Source of the DNA: Isurus oxyrinchus
Taxonomy: Eukaryota
Direction of reading: 5' to 3'
Assembly (NCBI GenBank): GCA_026770705.1
Contig: JANJGN010000039.1
Span: forward strand, 3,224,001-3,288,000
Length of the DNA stretch: 64,000 bases
Both the position numbers and the translations under genes were made by a program. Every line of letters begins with the position of its first letter. The stretch's first letter is position 1. Below are positions 52,200 to 64,000 of the stretch, piece by piece. A model generated the notes under the pieces. That model did no database searches and had not been told where the DNA came from. It worked only from the letters and a program-made list of their open reading frames with translations.

Positions 52200-53250
52200 T
52201 CGGCATCTTTTGGATTCTCAGAATGCAGCCTCACACACTGTTCCCACCCATGAAAGTTGGTGTTCACGTTCTGACTGTGCAGCCAGGTGTGCAATGATGG
52301 ACATTGAGCTTCTTTAAGCGAAATATAGTTATATCACATCAGGCCAGACCAGTTTGGAATGGACCAAGAGAATGTAGTCCCCAGCGAATTAAATTTGTGC
52401 GAGAGGGAAACCCAGAAGATAGTGTTCAATCTGTCATGTGGTTGTCGAACGTTCTACCAATGGGAAAAAAAAACGATATAAGATAAAAACATATGCCTGG
52501 GAGGATTTTAAATGTATGCCCAAAGTATTCTCTTTACATTCGTCATTAAAAGAAGGAAATTCCTGGTTGTTGTTGTTCTATTTGTCCACCCACATACGGA
52601 ACCTCTCAGCACTGACACATGTAAGTAAACCTCCACAGCTCTCTCTCCAATGTCTTCGTTGTCTACTTACAAATTTACCCCAGCCCTCGCCAGGATATTA
52701 TAATCCATATTATAACGTGATATGCCTCCATTTATTTGAATCCCATCTAGGTGCTTTTTTTTTTGTGGAAACTAACATTACAATTCATTGTCGATCAGAA
52801 CTGGCTTTCGTCAATTTTAATCTCGTTAAAAATGTCGAAAAAATGTTAGAAAATTCTGCTTTCAATAAACCTTTGTGAAATTCTTCAATCAGTCCATGGA
52901 CAACCCGCTCCCGCATTGCACTTATTGCTGCTACTATTTCTGCTAACCCTAGTTCATTATCACAAAGCCTTCCCCCTTTTCCTTTAAACTTTCTTCCACA
53001 AATGTGCGCACTTTGCCCACTGACAAGGAGCAAATGTCGTATTTTACATCCAACTCTTGGTAAAGATGGCGCCTGAGAAAGAATGGATGTACTGAGAAAG
53101 AATGTTGATAAATCTCGATGACCATGCATGATGCAGCTGAGGATGTGGTCGGATCTAGTAGTTGAATTTGCGAAGACAATGGCCAGAGTCTTCGGAATGT
53201 TGTTTGTTCTGTTTAATGAACAGTTACAAACACTTTCTAATTGCAGGAAA
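52200..53250 (-). mobile_element. Probable heavily decayed LTR retroelement internal region (gag-like and pol-like relics)
   Basis: A nearly continuous minus frame 53129 to about 52490 includes *YPGEGWGKFVSRQRRHWRESCG, resembling a capsid major homology region. About 52220-52300 reads IIAHLAAQ...LSWVGTVCEAAF*ESK, resembling the RT connection motif W...C..AF..LK. Confidence 0.35.
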
Positions 53251-54949
53251 CAACAAGTGAATTAGTGCTGAGCAGATTCTAATGTCCCATATACCCAGTC
53301 TTCAATTTTGTTGTTGATCTTAATGAACAAGCCATCATCGATGTGATGTTGGATTTCTGTTCTAAATATGAGATCACTGATCACTGCCTCCTGGGTACAC
53401 ATCAGTGATAACTCCAAAACCTGATCTGCAACATACATACTCAGCGAAACGCATTTAACCTCTCACCTGACCTTCATCTCAACTCCAACATTCCGATCTG
53501 GGTGTGCAGGAAAAAAACAACTTCCTTCCCCGTAGCCCTCCACAATAGACTGCATAAAATTCCGAACCTTTATCCGTCTAGAGTCACGTTGCTCCACCAC
53601 CGTGTTCACTTCAAAAACACTCCTGGAATCTCGGTCCAGAACCTCCGACCTACTGTTCTCTCTTCATAAAACATTGCTCCCGGTGAGAAGTCAATCCTGA
53701 GAACAGGACTCGGCCTGCCGAGTTCAACGATGACACAGATCTCCACCACTGAATATAAAGACCAACTTGCTATCTGAAAGTGGTGCTGCTCTATATTTTT
53801 CTTTTTTAACTGGCAGCTAAAGAATGTGGCTGAACCTCAGACCAAAGATTGACATTGGCAGATTGAACGCAACATTCACGTACAGCCTTATACTGAGGGC
53901 CGCAGAATGAAACCACGTATTAACACACAGCACTAGAGACTGACATAGATGGAATTGATGCCGCAGTCAGATAGAATGCGCAGTGAATCTCGAATCAACG
54001 TAAAAGAGAGGGAATGAGAGATACAGAAGCCAAAGAGGACACACATTCTTCCAGAGGATCAGAAACGAAAAGGCACAACAAGACTCTCACAATCACCAAG
54101 AGTGCCTTGAACTGACAAATAATAAATCCCACTCCGTCACACATTATCAGAGACTGGTGGACACAAATTCCAATATACATTTGTGATAACAGAGAAAGAC
54201 AGTTTAGGAACGATTCACCCCCACAGACATATAATCACACTGAGAGATGTGTAATGATTCTGAGATGCACAAGTTGCACCAGAGCCTGACGAACAAAATA
54301 ATGATTTCCCAAGTCAGTTAAAATACCAATGCTTAATGGGTAAAGATTGATCAGTATCTTCACACCGAGCTCTTCTGACTGAAATTTGCTGAATGAAACG
54401 TACACTCTAATATCGTTTCAGAATGTCTGGGAAAGATATTTATTCCCAACAAAAAAGAGAGTGCCACAGAATAATTTTTAACATTAATTTGAATTACTAG
54501 GGTCTCACAAATAGCGAACGGATCGGACACTCTCGTGCTGATAACACTCGCACATGGAGCAGCAGAGACAGAGGGACACAGGCTGAAGCCTACATTACAC
54601 ACAATAGCACTGACTGAAACAGAACGAGTTCCAAGCTCACTAAAATGATCAGTCTGACACATTAATTATGTTGTGAACACGCACATCGAATGCCAATTGG
54701 AAGAGAACTGCGGGATTGTGCAAAGTGTGGATCATTTGCTATATATTGTGGGCAACCACTAGACAGAGATATAAAGATTTTAGAAATCATCGTGTCCTCC
54801 AATCTGTCAAATCAGCCTTCAAACGACTGAGAAAGTAAATATTTGAGGGCCACGTCCATGACAATATCGGTAACAATGACTATTCTAAATTTCCTTCTGG
54901 AGACAAAGTCCTGTCTTAACACTGAGGATATGCTCCGCCGTGACATGTG

Positions 54950-55800
54950 TCACTCACACCTTGCAAAATGACATTGCTTTCGAACAGGTCTATTAACTCA
55001 GACTGGGCTTCGATGAGGCGCTGTTGGCCATCAGAAGCGTCAGTATTGCATTCAAACACAGCTGGTAACCTCATGGCTCGGCAGATCACCCACTTTACCA
55101 TCGCCATTAGGATGGCGAATAAACCATATTTCCATCAAAAATGGAGGAGGCCATGCTACAGTGGCACCATGTGCACGGAAAAAATGAGTTACAAACCTAG
55201 TGAAGCTACAATAAAGGGCTAGTTACATGCCAAAAATTAGAAGCATAATTTGATGCTCAGACTGAGTGAATCAGAAAACAGATGCTCAAATCTAATTTTG
55301 GAGTCTTGCAACATCCAATGGTGAAATGCGGTGAAAAACTAATCAACTGACTGAACGAGGAGGCGCCACAAAAATCCATCCAATGATGGGTGAGCGGAGG
55401 ATATTGGCACAAAAATAAGGCTGAAGCATTTGTAACCTCTTCAGCTGGAAGTGTCGAGTGAATGATCCATCTCAGCCTTCTGCTGGGAACTTTAGAATGA
55501 GAGATGCCAGTCTTCAGGCATTTGATTCAATCCAATGGCATCAATAGGCACCTGAACCACTGAATGCTGCAACAGCCGTGGACCCAGAGAAAAACTGCAG
55601 AAATATTAGTGACGTCATTTGCTCCAGATTTAGCTGCAATATTAGCCAAGCTGTTCTGCAATGTCTGCAAAAGTGCTGTCAACCCGGTAATGATGAATAT
55701 TGCCCAAATTTGTCTTTTCCATAAAAAGCAACACAAGTCAAATTTGGCCTCTTGTCAATCCATCAGTCTCCTCCCGAGCAGTAGCTACGTGATGGAAGAG
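54950..55800 (+). mobile_element. Decayed L2/CR1-superfamily LINE ORF2 fragment (related pieces at about 50410-50730, 42880-43120 and 56130-56310)
   Basis: ORF 55564 (APDLAAILAKLF, AQICLFHKKQHKSNLASCQSISLL) resembles the non-LTR RT N-terminal motif P...W..A.V.P..KK......NYRPISL. Confidence 0.7.
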
Positions 55801-55819
55801 GGTTCTGGCAGATTTAATT

Positions 55820-57260
55820 AGCAGCATTTTAAATTGTGAGAAAGGTCATGTCTTCATAATGTAATCGAATACTTTAAGGGAGTAACAAGGATGACTGTCG
55901 AGGGTGATATTTAGAAAGGCATTTGGCCAGCCCCCAAATTGCAGACTCGTCAGGAAAGCAAAAGGCAACGGGAGAAAGGAGAATGTTTTCACCTTGAGCC
56001 AAGTTTTGCTCTGCGACGGGAAACACAGTGCAATGGTCGATATTTGCTTTTTAGTAAAATCCTTGCCTCTGTCATTCCACAGGACTCAGTTTTGAAAACC
56101 CTTCCACTTCTGGTAGAGATTTACTTATTATTAATTTATCGGATGAGGGCATCGCTGGTTCGTCAAACATTCAGTTCCCCGTTCGTAAGAGCCCTTGAGG
56201 AAGTGGTGAGGAGCTGTTTTCTTGAACTGCGGCAGTCTGTGCGAATTCGGTACTGACATGTTACTGTTAGCAATGGAGTTCCTGGGTCTTGAACCTGCGA
56301 CAGTGATGGCAAAGTGGGAAGCATCATCGGATATTTAGAGATGTTACAAATATTGGCTCTATATTAGATAGGGAAATCAATAGATTTTCTTTCCATAATG
56401 ATATCAATGGTTTAGCTTCATGTTCAGAAAAGTGGCAAATGACACTATCCGTAAGCATGTGAGCTAATGAATTTGGGGATGGCAAACAAAAGCAAGAGAA
56501 TAGACAATAAACTGGCGATACAGAGAGGGGTTGGGGATGTGAGGTACCTTGGAGCCCATGTCCACATGTCCCTGATGTTGGTAGTATATGTGTAAAAGAA
56601 GGTCAACAAAACATATGGAATTAATTATTTTCTTAAACAATATATTGAATACAAAAACAGGGGCATAATGTTGGAACTGTATAAAACGCTGTTTAGGCCG
56701 CTCCTGGAACTTTGTGTGCAGTTCTGGTATTCATGTTACAGGAAGGGCACTGTTTCCCTTGGCAGAGCATAGAGGAGATGCACAAGATTGTTACCTGAGC
56801 TTGAAGCTTGCAACAAAGAGTAAAGGTTGTATAGGAATGAGTTACTTCCCTCAGATCACAGGAAGCAGAACGGGTGACTTAACTTACATAAAAGATTATG
56901 AGGGTCGTGTTAGGGTAGAGACGAAATACTTGTCTGCCTTAGCACAGACGTCGATTACCTGCGGTCACAGATATAAGGGATTGATTGAACGATTCGAGGG
57001 GCTTGAGGAAAACCTTCTTCATTCGGAGGCGGCTGGGTGTTTGGAATTCGCTCCCTGATTTGGTGGTGGAGGAACAAACCCTCAACTCATTTAGAGGGTA
57101 CCAGGGTCAGCAACTGAAATGTTGTAAACTGCAAGACTTTGGGCCAGGTGCTGGAAGGCGGGATTGGATGCTCGGTTAGATTTAATGCATTCTTCCTTCG
57201 GCCGACGCAGACATGATGGGCTGAATGAGCTACTTCTGTGCCGTAAGTTTCCTTTTGATC
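55820..57260 (+). mobile_element. Decayed CR1 LINE RT and 3' tail, interrupted at about 56130-56310
   Basis: Motifs gatatttagaaaggcattt, tgtgtgcagttctgg and GVWNSLP, plus a CR1 tail. Confidence 0.8.
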
Positions 57261-58149
57261 TATTAGAAGAGGAAGAAAAAAGTTGACTGCAAAACATAAC
57301 AGCAGAGAGTATTTTCCAACATTAGGGAACATTTTACAGAACAAGGAAACATTTTGCACAAGATGGATCGTGTTTTCACAGCCGGGAACATATTTACACA
57401 ACAGTGATATATTTCAAACAACCATAATAAAGTTGTGTCAATGGCAAAGTCACAGATCCATGACAGAGAAATCAATTGCACTGCAGAGAGCACAGTTACA
57501 CAAGAGGGAATTTATTTATAAACAGGCCCGTCTTTGCATAACGCAAAACACCTTCGAATGATCAATGATCAATCACTCCTCATTACTACCTTGCTGGTTT
57601 TCTATGCACCATTTTCCTGTTTGTCATTGTGTGTGTCCTGATCCAGTCTTATTGCACTTCTGTGTGTCTGCACTGTGTGTTCTGTTCACGGTGATATCAA
57701 GTGGAATTGTTTACTTAGGGTGAGGTTCACGACACTTCTGCTCTTTTTAAAATAAGCCACGGGATTAATATTAGTAAACAGAAGGGTGCTGTCGCGGCAG
57801 CAGAGTGGTTTAGCGGAAGTGAGATGTTCTCAGATATCAAAGGATCAAATCCATTCTCTGCTGTTTTGTTCCAATTCTCACAAAAGAGTAATGTTGGCTG
57901 CGAATCAAGTTATTGCAGTTTTCTTTACTCTAAACGTGTACCAGCCTCTTAGTTCCAGTGAACACTTCAGTCTGCAAACAATCTCTCAAATCACTTTCAT
58001 TCGCACACGGAAACAAGAATTGAGTACTGAATAAATATTCCAGTTGAGTTTGTTTCGCTTTCTCTCAGTGTACCTCAGGCCATTGTACGAATGGCATTCC
58101 CCTGTTCACCGTTGGCCTCTGATTGTCTGAACAACAAAAATAATAATCC

Positions 58150-60365
58150 ATTTATTGACTGGAGAGAAACCGTGAGTGAAGCAACAAATGGTTGATGCAG
58201 GGAGTGCAGGGAATACAGCAACACGCGGACAACCACTACATGCATGGGTTATTCAGTGCAGTCAAGTCCATTTACATTTCAAACACCCATGGACCTATCA
58301 CAATGAGAGCTAAGAATGGAGTGGCGCTGACCAAGGACAGAGATGTAGCAGCACTCATTGGAAAGAGCCCTTCTCCAATTTCCTCAACCAAGACCCAATC
58401 CTCGACAAGAGTGCCCTCGACCACACTCCACAATCTGTTGCCCACCACCAGCTTAACACAATTCCAGTCCCACATGTGGCTGTAAAGGTCATCCGTCACC
58501 TTAGTGGCAACAAAGCCTCTGGAGCTGGCATAATCCCTTCCTAATTTACAAAATAAGGCGGGGAAGTACTTTTGAAACTTTCATTTGATCTTTTCTTCCT
58601 CGTCTGTAAGGATAAGAGCTTGTCAGCGAACTCCTGCGATGTTGTAATTGTGACCAGCTTCAAAATAAGAGACCAAGCTGTCTGCAGCAAGTACAGTGCG
58701 GTAGCTCTGCTGTTCCACAAGGATATGGTCTCTGCGAGAGTACTTCTCAATTGCCTTTTCTCCATGCCTGAATATATCCTACCAGAGGCTCAATGCAGAT
58801 TCTATCCATGAAGTGGCAGAGAGGAAGTAATAGTTACAGCAAGGCAGATCCAAGAAAACATGAAGGAAGCAGCAGCAACCTCTAATCACGGCCTTGTCTG
58901 ACCAATCGAACACTCCCAAACTATAAAACTAGACGGACTGTGGAGCATTCTCAACCTGCTGCACCAAGACATGCAAGCCATGATCCTCACCAACGCATCT
59001 GTCACAGACCCACACTGGTGCAAAGTGGAGTCAAGCAAGCCAGCATCATTGCGCCAATGCTCTTTTCCACTGCAGCACACCACCCCATCGCCATGAAGCT
59101 CGCCGCCAGATTGGAGCTGCTCTACATAACGAGCAGGAAACACAACAACCTACATCACCTGCATTCCATAACTGAGATCACCACAACCTCTTTCATCAAA
59201 CTGCAGCAAACTGACGGCGCTTGTGTATGCGCACTCTGAGAGACAGTGCTCGAAACTATCATTGGCACATTCATGGAGACGGGTGAAATAATGTGCTTTA
59301 GGCTAAAAATGCAAAGGTCCTCTCCATTGCTTCCCCCACTTCCCACACTGCCAGACTCGCCACCAAGCCCTCCGACTCCAAACAACCACGATGATGTTGC
59401 TCCACCTGAAACCATTGGACATAGTAACATAGGAACATCCTCTCAGCTAGTGCAAATATCAACAGTGAGACCAAACAGTATCGCCTCCAGTGTGCTTGTG
59501 GAACGCTCGGCCAACTGTGAAAGAGTGCATGATGACAAAGACCTCAATCTCGGTCTGATGGTCTTCATGGCTGCAGTGCTACCAGTCCTCCTGTCTGCAT
59601 CAGAGGCATGGGCCGCGTACAGCAGATACCTTAAACCTGTGGAGAAATATCACCCACATTTGGGCAATGCACAACAGACACCTTAAACCCCTGGAGAATA
59701 ATCATCCACGGACTGACAGTGTACAGCAGAGACCTTAAGCATTTGGAGGAATATAACCAACGGATGGGCAGAGCACAGGTGACACCTTAAATCCCTGGAG
59801 AAATGTCACCCGTGGTGCCTTCACAAAATCCTGGCACATTCTATAGCAGGACACATGCCCCAATATCAGTGTCCCTTCTCAGACCAACTTGCCCAGTATC
59901 GAATCAGAGGTTATGATTAACCTGCCATCTTGGAAGGGCCACAACATCCTCATGCCTGACACAAGACCCCCAAAACATGTTCTCTTCTCCGAGCTTCATC
60001 ATCATAAGCGATCAGCTCAAGGGCAGACAAAATGATCAATGGATGTCCTCAAATCCTCCCTGATAAAATGCAGCATCTCCGCCGATTTGTGCGAATTTCA
60101 TGTTCGAGGCTGCCCAAAATGGAGAAGAAGCTTTTGCGAAGTTGCCAAACGTTTGAAACGTCTCCGATGGCCCAGGTAGAAGTCAAAAGCCAACAGCGCA
60201 AACAGCAGATCAAAATCCGCAAAACCCTTTCACCCACCTCATCAAACACAATCTGCCCAGCATGTGGCAGAGTCTGCAGTTCCAGCACTGTACCCTTTAG
60301 GAATCTCAGGGCCAACAGCACCGCACTGGAAGGAAGTAATTCTCAGCCACGATGGGCTGTCTAAG
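58150..60365 (+). mobile_element. RTE-clade LINE, decayed and 5'-truncated
   Basis: HGLFSAVKSIY (ORF 58192), LPEAQCRF (ORF 58572), VQSGVKQASIIAPMLF (ORF 58940), AAVLPVLLSASEAW (ORF 59246) and the C-terminal CPACGRVC (ORF 60032) appear in the order expected for an RTE ORF. Confidence 0.9.
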
Positions 60366-60689
60366 ACTGGAGGCTAAACACTGAGGATCTGTGTGTGATG
60401 AATTGATGATGCACGATGTTTTCAGTTTTTACTCATTGATATCCTTAGAATATTATCCAGTTTGACGTTCACTTGTTCTCTGTTGTCATTTCCTCGAATA
60501 TTTCACCCGATTTTCTGCTGTCCAATGAAGCTCAGTAGAATTCTCAGTAAAATATTGCCTTTTCATCGCAACGTTCGAATCACGATGCGTTTTCTTAACT
60601 AGGTTTAATAAATAATTTGCATCAGCCCACTTCCAGAAAAGGCAATGTGATAACGACAAGATAGTCTGTTTTAAAGAAGTGTTAAATGA

Positions 60690-60945
60690 AGAATACACGT
60701 TGGCTTCGTTACCATGGAATTACTCTCGTGCGCTTCTCCTAAATGTCACTTTGGCAATTTTACATGAGACGGCAGATGGCACCTCAGTTTGCCTTGGCAT
60801 CGCGAAACTGCAACCTGTAATAGTGAAGATTAGCTCAGCACTGGACTGAAGTGTCAGGCCGACATTCTCCTTGTGATTCTGCAGAGAGTATTGAACTCAC
60901 AACCTCCTGCCTGTAAAAATAGGAGAGTAACGGACTGTATTATAC
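60690..60945 (-). mobile_element. Decayed Deu-domain SINE (SacSINE1/AmnSINE1-like)
   Basis: ggcagatggcacctcagttt...ctcagcactggactgaagtgtcagg...ttgaactcacaacct resembles the reverse DeuSINE core and tRNA-like head. Confidence 0.55.
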
Positions 60946-61784
60946 TCCACAGAATAAGATATGGAGAGAAGATATTGTGTTCTGCGAGTAGAGGCAGCAC
61001 CAGTTGATATTTGGAGAGGTGTTAAAGAGAATGAGAGATAAACACTCACAGTTGAAAGATATGGAATTTTGAATGGTAGGGGCAGAGGGCATTACCGGAA
61101 TTTCGATTCAAGATTCAAAATCAGGAAACATTGCCTTAGTATTAATGATTGGATTTGATATGGCATCAAGGGCTAACTGAACTTGATGATAAAAAATGTA
61201 ACATTCTCGTTCACACAGAGAGGAAATGATGATCGCTGACCCCCACGTTTGTCCCAGCAATGAAGCAGACAACATGACAACACTGAGAAGCTCAAAGGAT
61301 CAAAAGGGAAACTCATCATCCAACTGTCCCTCAAGAAAATAAGCAACACCTGCTATGGTGTGAGAGTATTTTTGTGCATATATCACTTCTGCACTGATTG
61401 GATGAGGTTATTTTTCATTATCACCATTATGTGAGTGAGTAAAACGAGAACCAGGAGTTTTCCACAGCTGCCAGGACTTCTAGAACAGGCTAATTATCTA
61501 CGACAGTATTTTGCAGAATCCCACAGAGGGGAAGTAAGTATATCTGGCAATACCAAGCAATAAACCACGTTATAAATTAAGACCACATCTTCCCCCTGGG
61601 AAGGATGTGAACAATCTAACCACAAAATTATCCATATGAAATGGACAGTTTTACCCGGAGAAGTGGAATCAATATTAATCCCTCATCCAGATTCACTGAA
61701 ACAGTTTATCCAGTCATTAATTAGGTTATTGCCTGTGGGAAATTTATGTGCTCATTTTAATAGGGTTTCCATTTACCAAGACGC

Positions 61785-62625
61785 CCCACTCACACCCTCC
61801 AGCCAGCCCTGCCCACATCATCCACGCAGCCCCGCCCACATCATCCACAAAGCTCAACGAACAACATCCACCCAGCACTGCCCAAACCATCCACCCAGCC
61901 CTGTACACAGCATTCACCCAGCCCGGCACACACCATTCTCCCAGCCCTGCCCACACAACCCACCCAGCTCTGCCCACACCACCATCTGAGCTCTGCCCAA
62001 ACGATCGACCCAGCCCTGCCCACACCACCGAACCAGCACTGCTTACATCATCCTCTCTGCCTGCAGCATCACCGGAGCCCTGCCAACAGTACACACCCAA
62101 GCCCTCTACTTCCACCCGTCCAGCCCTGCCCACTCCATCAAACCAGCTCTGCCAACAATATAAACGCAGACCTGCCCACACCATCCAAACTTCCTTGCCG
62201 ACACCACCCACCCAGTCCTGCCCACACCATCCTCGGAGACCTGCCCATACTGTCCACACAGTCCTGCCCAGACCATCCAAACCAGGCATGCCCACACCAT
62301 CCACCCAGCCCTGCATACTCAATAGACATAGTACGGCAGACACCATGCACCCACACCTGACCAACAATCCTTCCAGAACTGCGCACACAATCCAACCATT
62401 CCTACACACACCATCCTCCAAGACCTGCACAAACAGCCCACCCAGCCTCCTCCATACCATCCACCATCTCTGCATACTCCATTCACCCAACCCTGCCCAC
62501 ACTAGCCTCTCAGCCCTGACCATACCATTCACCCCGCCCTGTCCACACCAGCCACCAACTCCTGCCCACAACACCCACACAGCCCTGCCCACAGCACCCA
62601 CACAGCCCTTCCCAAACCATGCACG
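61785..62625. repeat. C-rich 23-bp minisatellite (ccagccctgcccacaccatccac)
   Basis: ctgccca-type cores at 62218, 62241, 62264, 62288 and 62311. Confidence 0.9.
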
Positions 62626-64000
62626 CAGCCGTGACCACAGCTTTCTAAAACGCCTGCCCAAAACAGCCTCCATTAGTTGTGAGGCTTTGGATCTTCCTGT
62701 GTTTGCAAAATGTGCTGGTTTAATACAATTTACTCCCCCTTCCTCCCTCGCTCCAGGTCCTACCATCTCCTTCTATGTCGCTCTCTCCCTCATCCTGACA
62801 CAGGCTCCCAGCTGCATCGCTCCCCCACCTCACTCCCTACCCACCATCCAGCCACCCCAACTCCCCGCATCAACTTCCCTTTCTCCAGTCTCATTCCCTT
62901 CCCCTGGAACAGTCAAATCTCCAGGTTTCCAACGACTCTCAAGCAGTCCAGGGCTATTTTACCGGCTCCATTCACAGTAACAATGATTTGAGTCTCCAAA
63001 ATACCATCCGTTCTGCCCAAATCCCAAACTAGGATTCACCCAGACCGTCAACGCAGAGAGTGGGCGTCTCTGTTTCCGCTCTGTGGTTCACTACACAATG
63101 TTATCAATGTAGACAGTGAGCAGAAATAATTCACTGTTGCTGTTTTTTTTTTGTTCAACGAGTACACTGTCAATCTGCTGTAACAGGACGAATATGAATC
63201 TTCTGATTTGTTGCTAAAATAAAGTTGAATGTTTAAAGTTTACATAACCACATTTAAACAATGGAACTAAGAGGCTGTATGGACTCAGGTGGCGGTGGGT
63301 TTAAACTCCATGAATAGCACTTTGTTTGTTTATTTCTCATACTGGTAAGACTGCAGAATCAGTGAAAATACCAGGTCACTGCAACATTGTTCCGAAGTAA
63401 AACTTGGAAAACATGAATACTGGGCCGGCATTGCAAATAGGCAGAAATATGTATTTATTTTTAATTTTAACATTTCGAGAATTTCCCCGCAGAATTAGTT
63501 TTTTCTAGACATACAATCCAGGAATTTCAGCTGTAGTAAAACGCCTTGAGCCCAAAGTGATTTGAAAATGCGCCCTCTCAATCTGGAGACAGATGTGCTG
63601 CTGTTGTGCCACAAACCCAACTATGCAGTGTGCTCTCATATACCTGCCTAGACGTTGATTATATTCAGTGAATTGAAAATAGAACTGCGACCATGAAAAT
63701 GGACATCATACTGCGTCCCGTCCTTGTTGCCTGCTTTACTTTCTGTGGAATTGCATCACCTGGAAGAGAAAGAGGTAAAAGCAAAGAATGTGAGAGCTGA
63801 CCCATAAGTGAGAAACACTTTGGCAGCTGGATTCACAATGAGTTCTAATCTGATGGAGGCCACGAATGTTGGAGTTTTGTTTCCTTCTGATTTTAACTGG
63901 CGACATGCTGCTAACTGTGAAGGAGCAGGGACCCAAATACATAAACTGAAACTTAGTGGACAGTCAGAAAAAAAATAACAATGCAGGATTTGTGAAATAT

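Noticed and set aside
60486-60698. Possible minus-strand exon or 70-aa ORF
   Set aside because: Weak splice sites, no recognisable motif, and it abuts a SINE.
61744-62980. Long ORFs of 410 aa (+) and 340 aa (-) resembling mucin or Pro-rich proteins
   Set aside because: They lie on a 23-bp C-rich minisatellite. The unit is not a multiple of 3, both strands are open because of base composition, and there is no domain signal.

Overview
Eukaryotic, repeat-rich DNA. The repeat families and the gene type point to a cartilaginous fish, probably a shark (inference). Only one protein-coding gene is well supported: a two-exon, minus-strand class A GPCR of the chondrichthyan 'GPR139-like' orphan family. 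Exon 1 is 41477-41543, the 9.7-kb phase-1 intron is 31741-41476, exon 2 is 30836-31740, and the protein is 323 aa. The first 23 kb is an old, two-tier tandem duplication: about 6.4-kb super-units containing about 1.45-kb modules, with conserved splice-acceptor-like and exon-like segments. The rest is decayed CR1, RTE, L2-like and Tx1-like LINEs, SINEs, Penelope-like tails with hammerhead-ribozyme-like cores inserted as inverted repeats, a probable decayed LTR element, and many minisatellites. A 41-bp-periodic array of CCAAT plus TALE-type composite motifs lies just downstream of the GPCR stop codon. Almost all ORFs in the supplied track are spurious or transposon-derived. I found no evidence for a new multi-gene system. 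Repeat boundaries are approximate and repeat family names come from recognition by eye, not from database searches.
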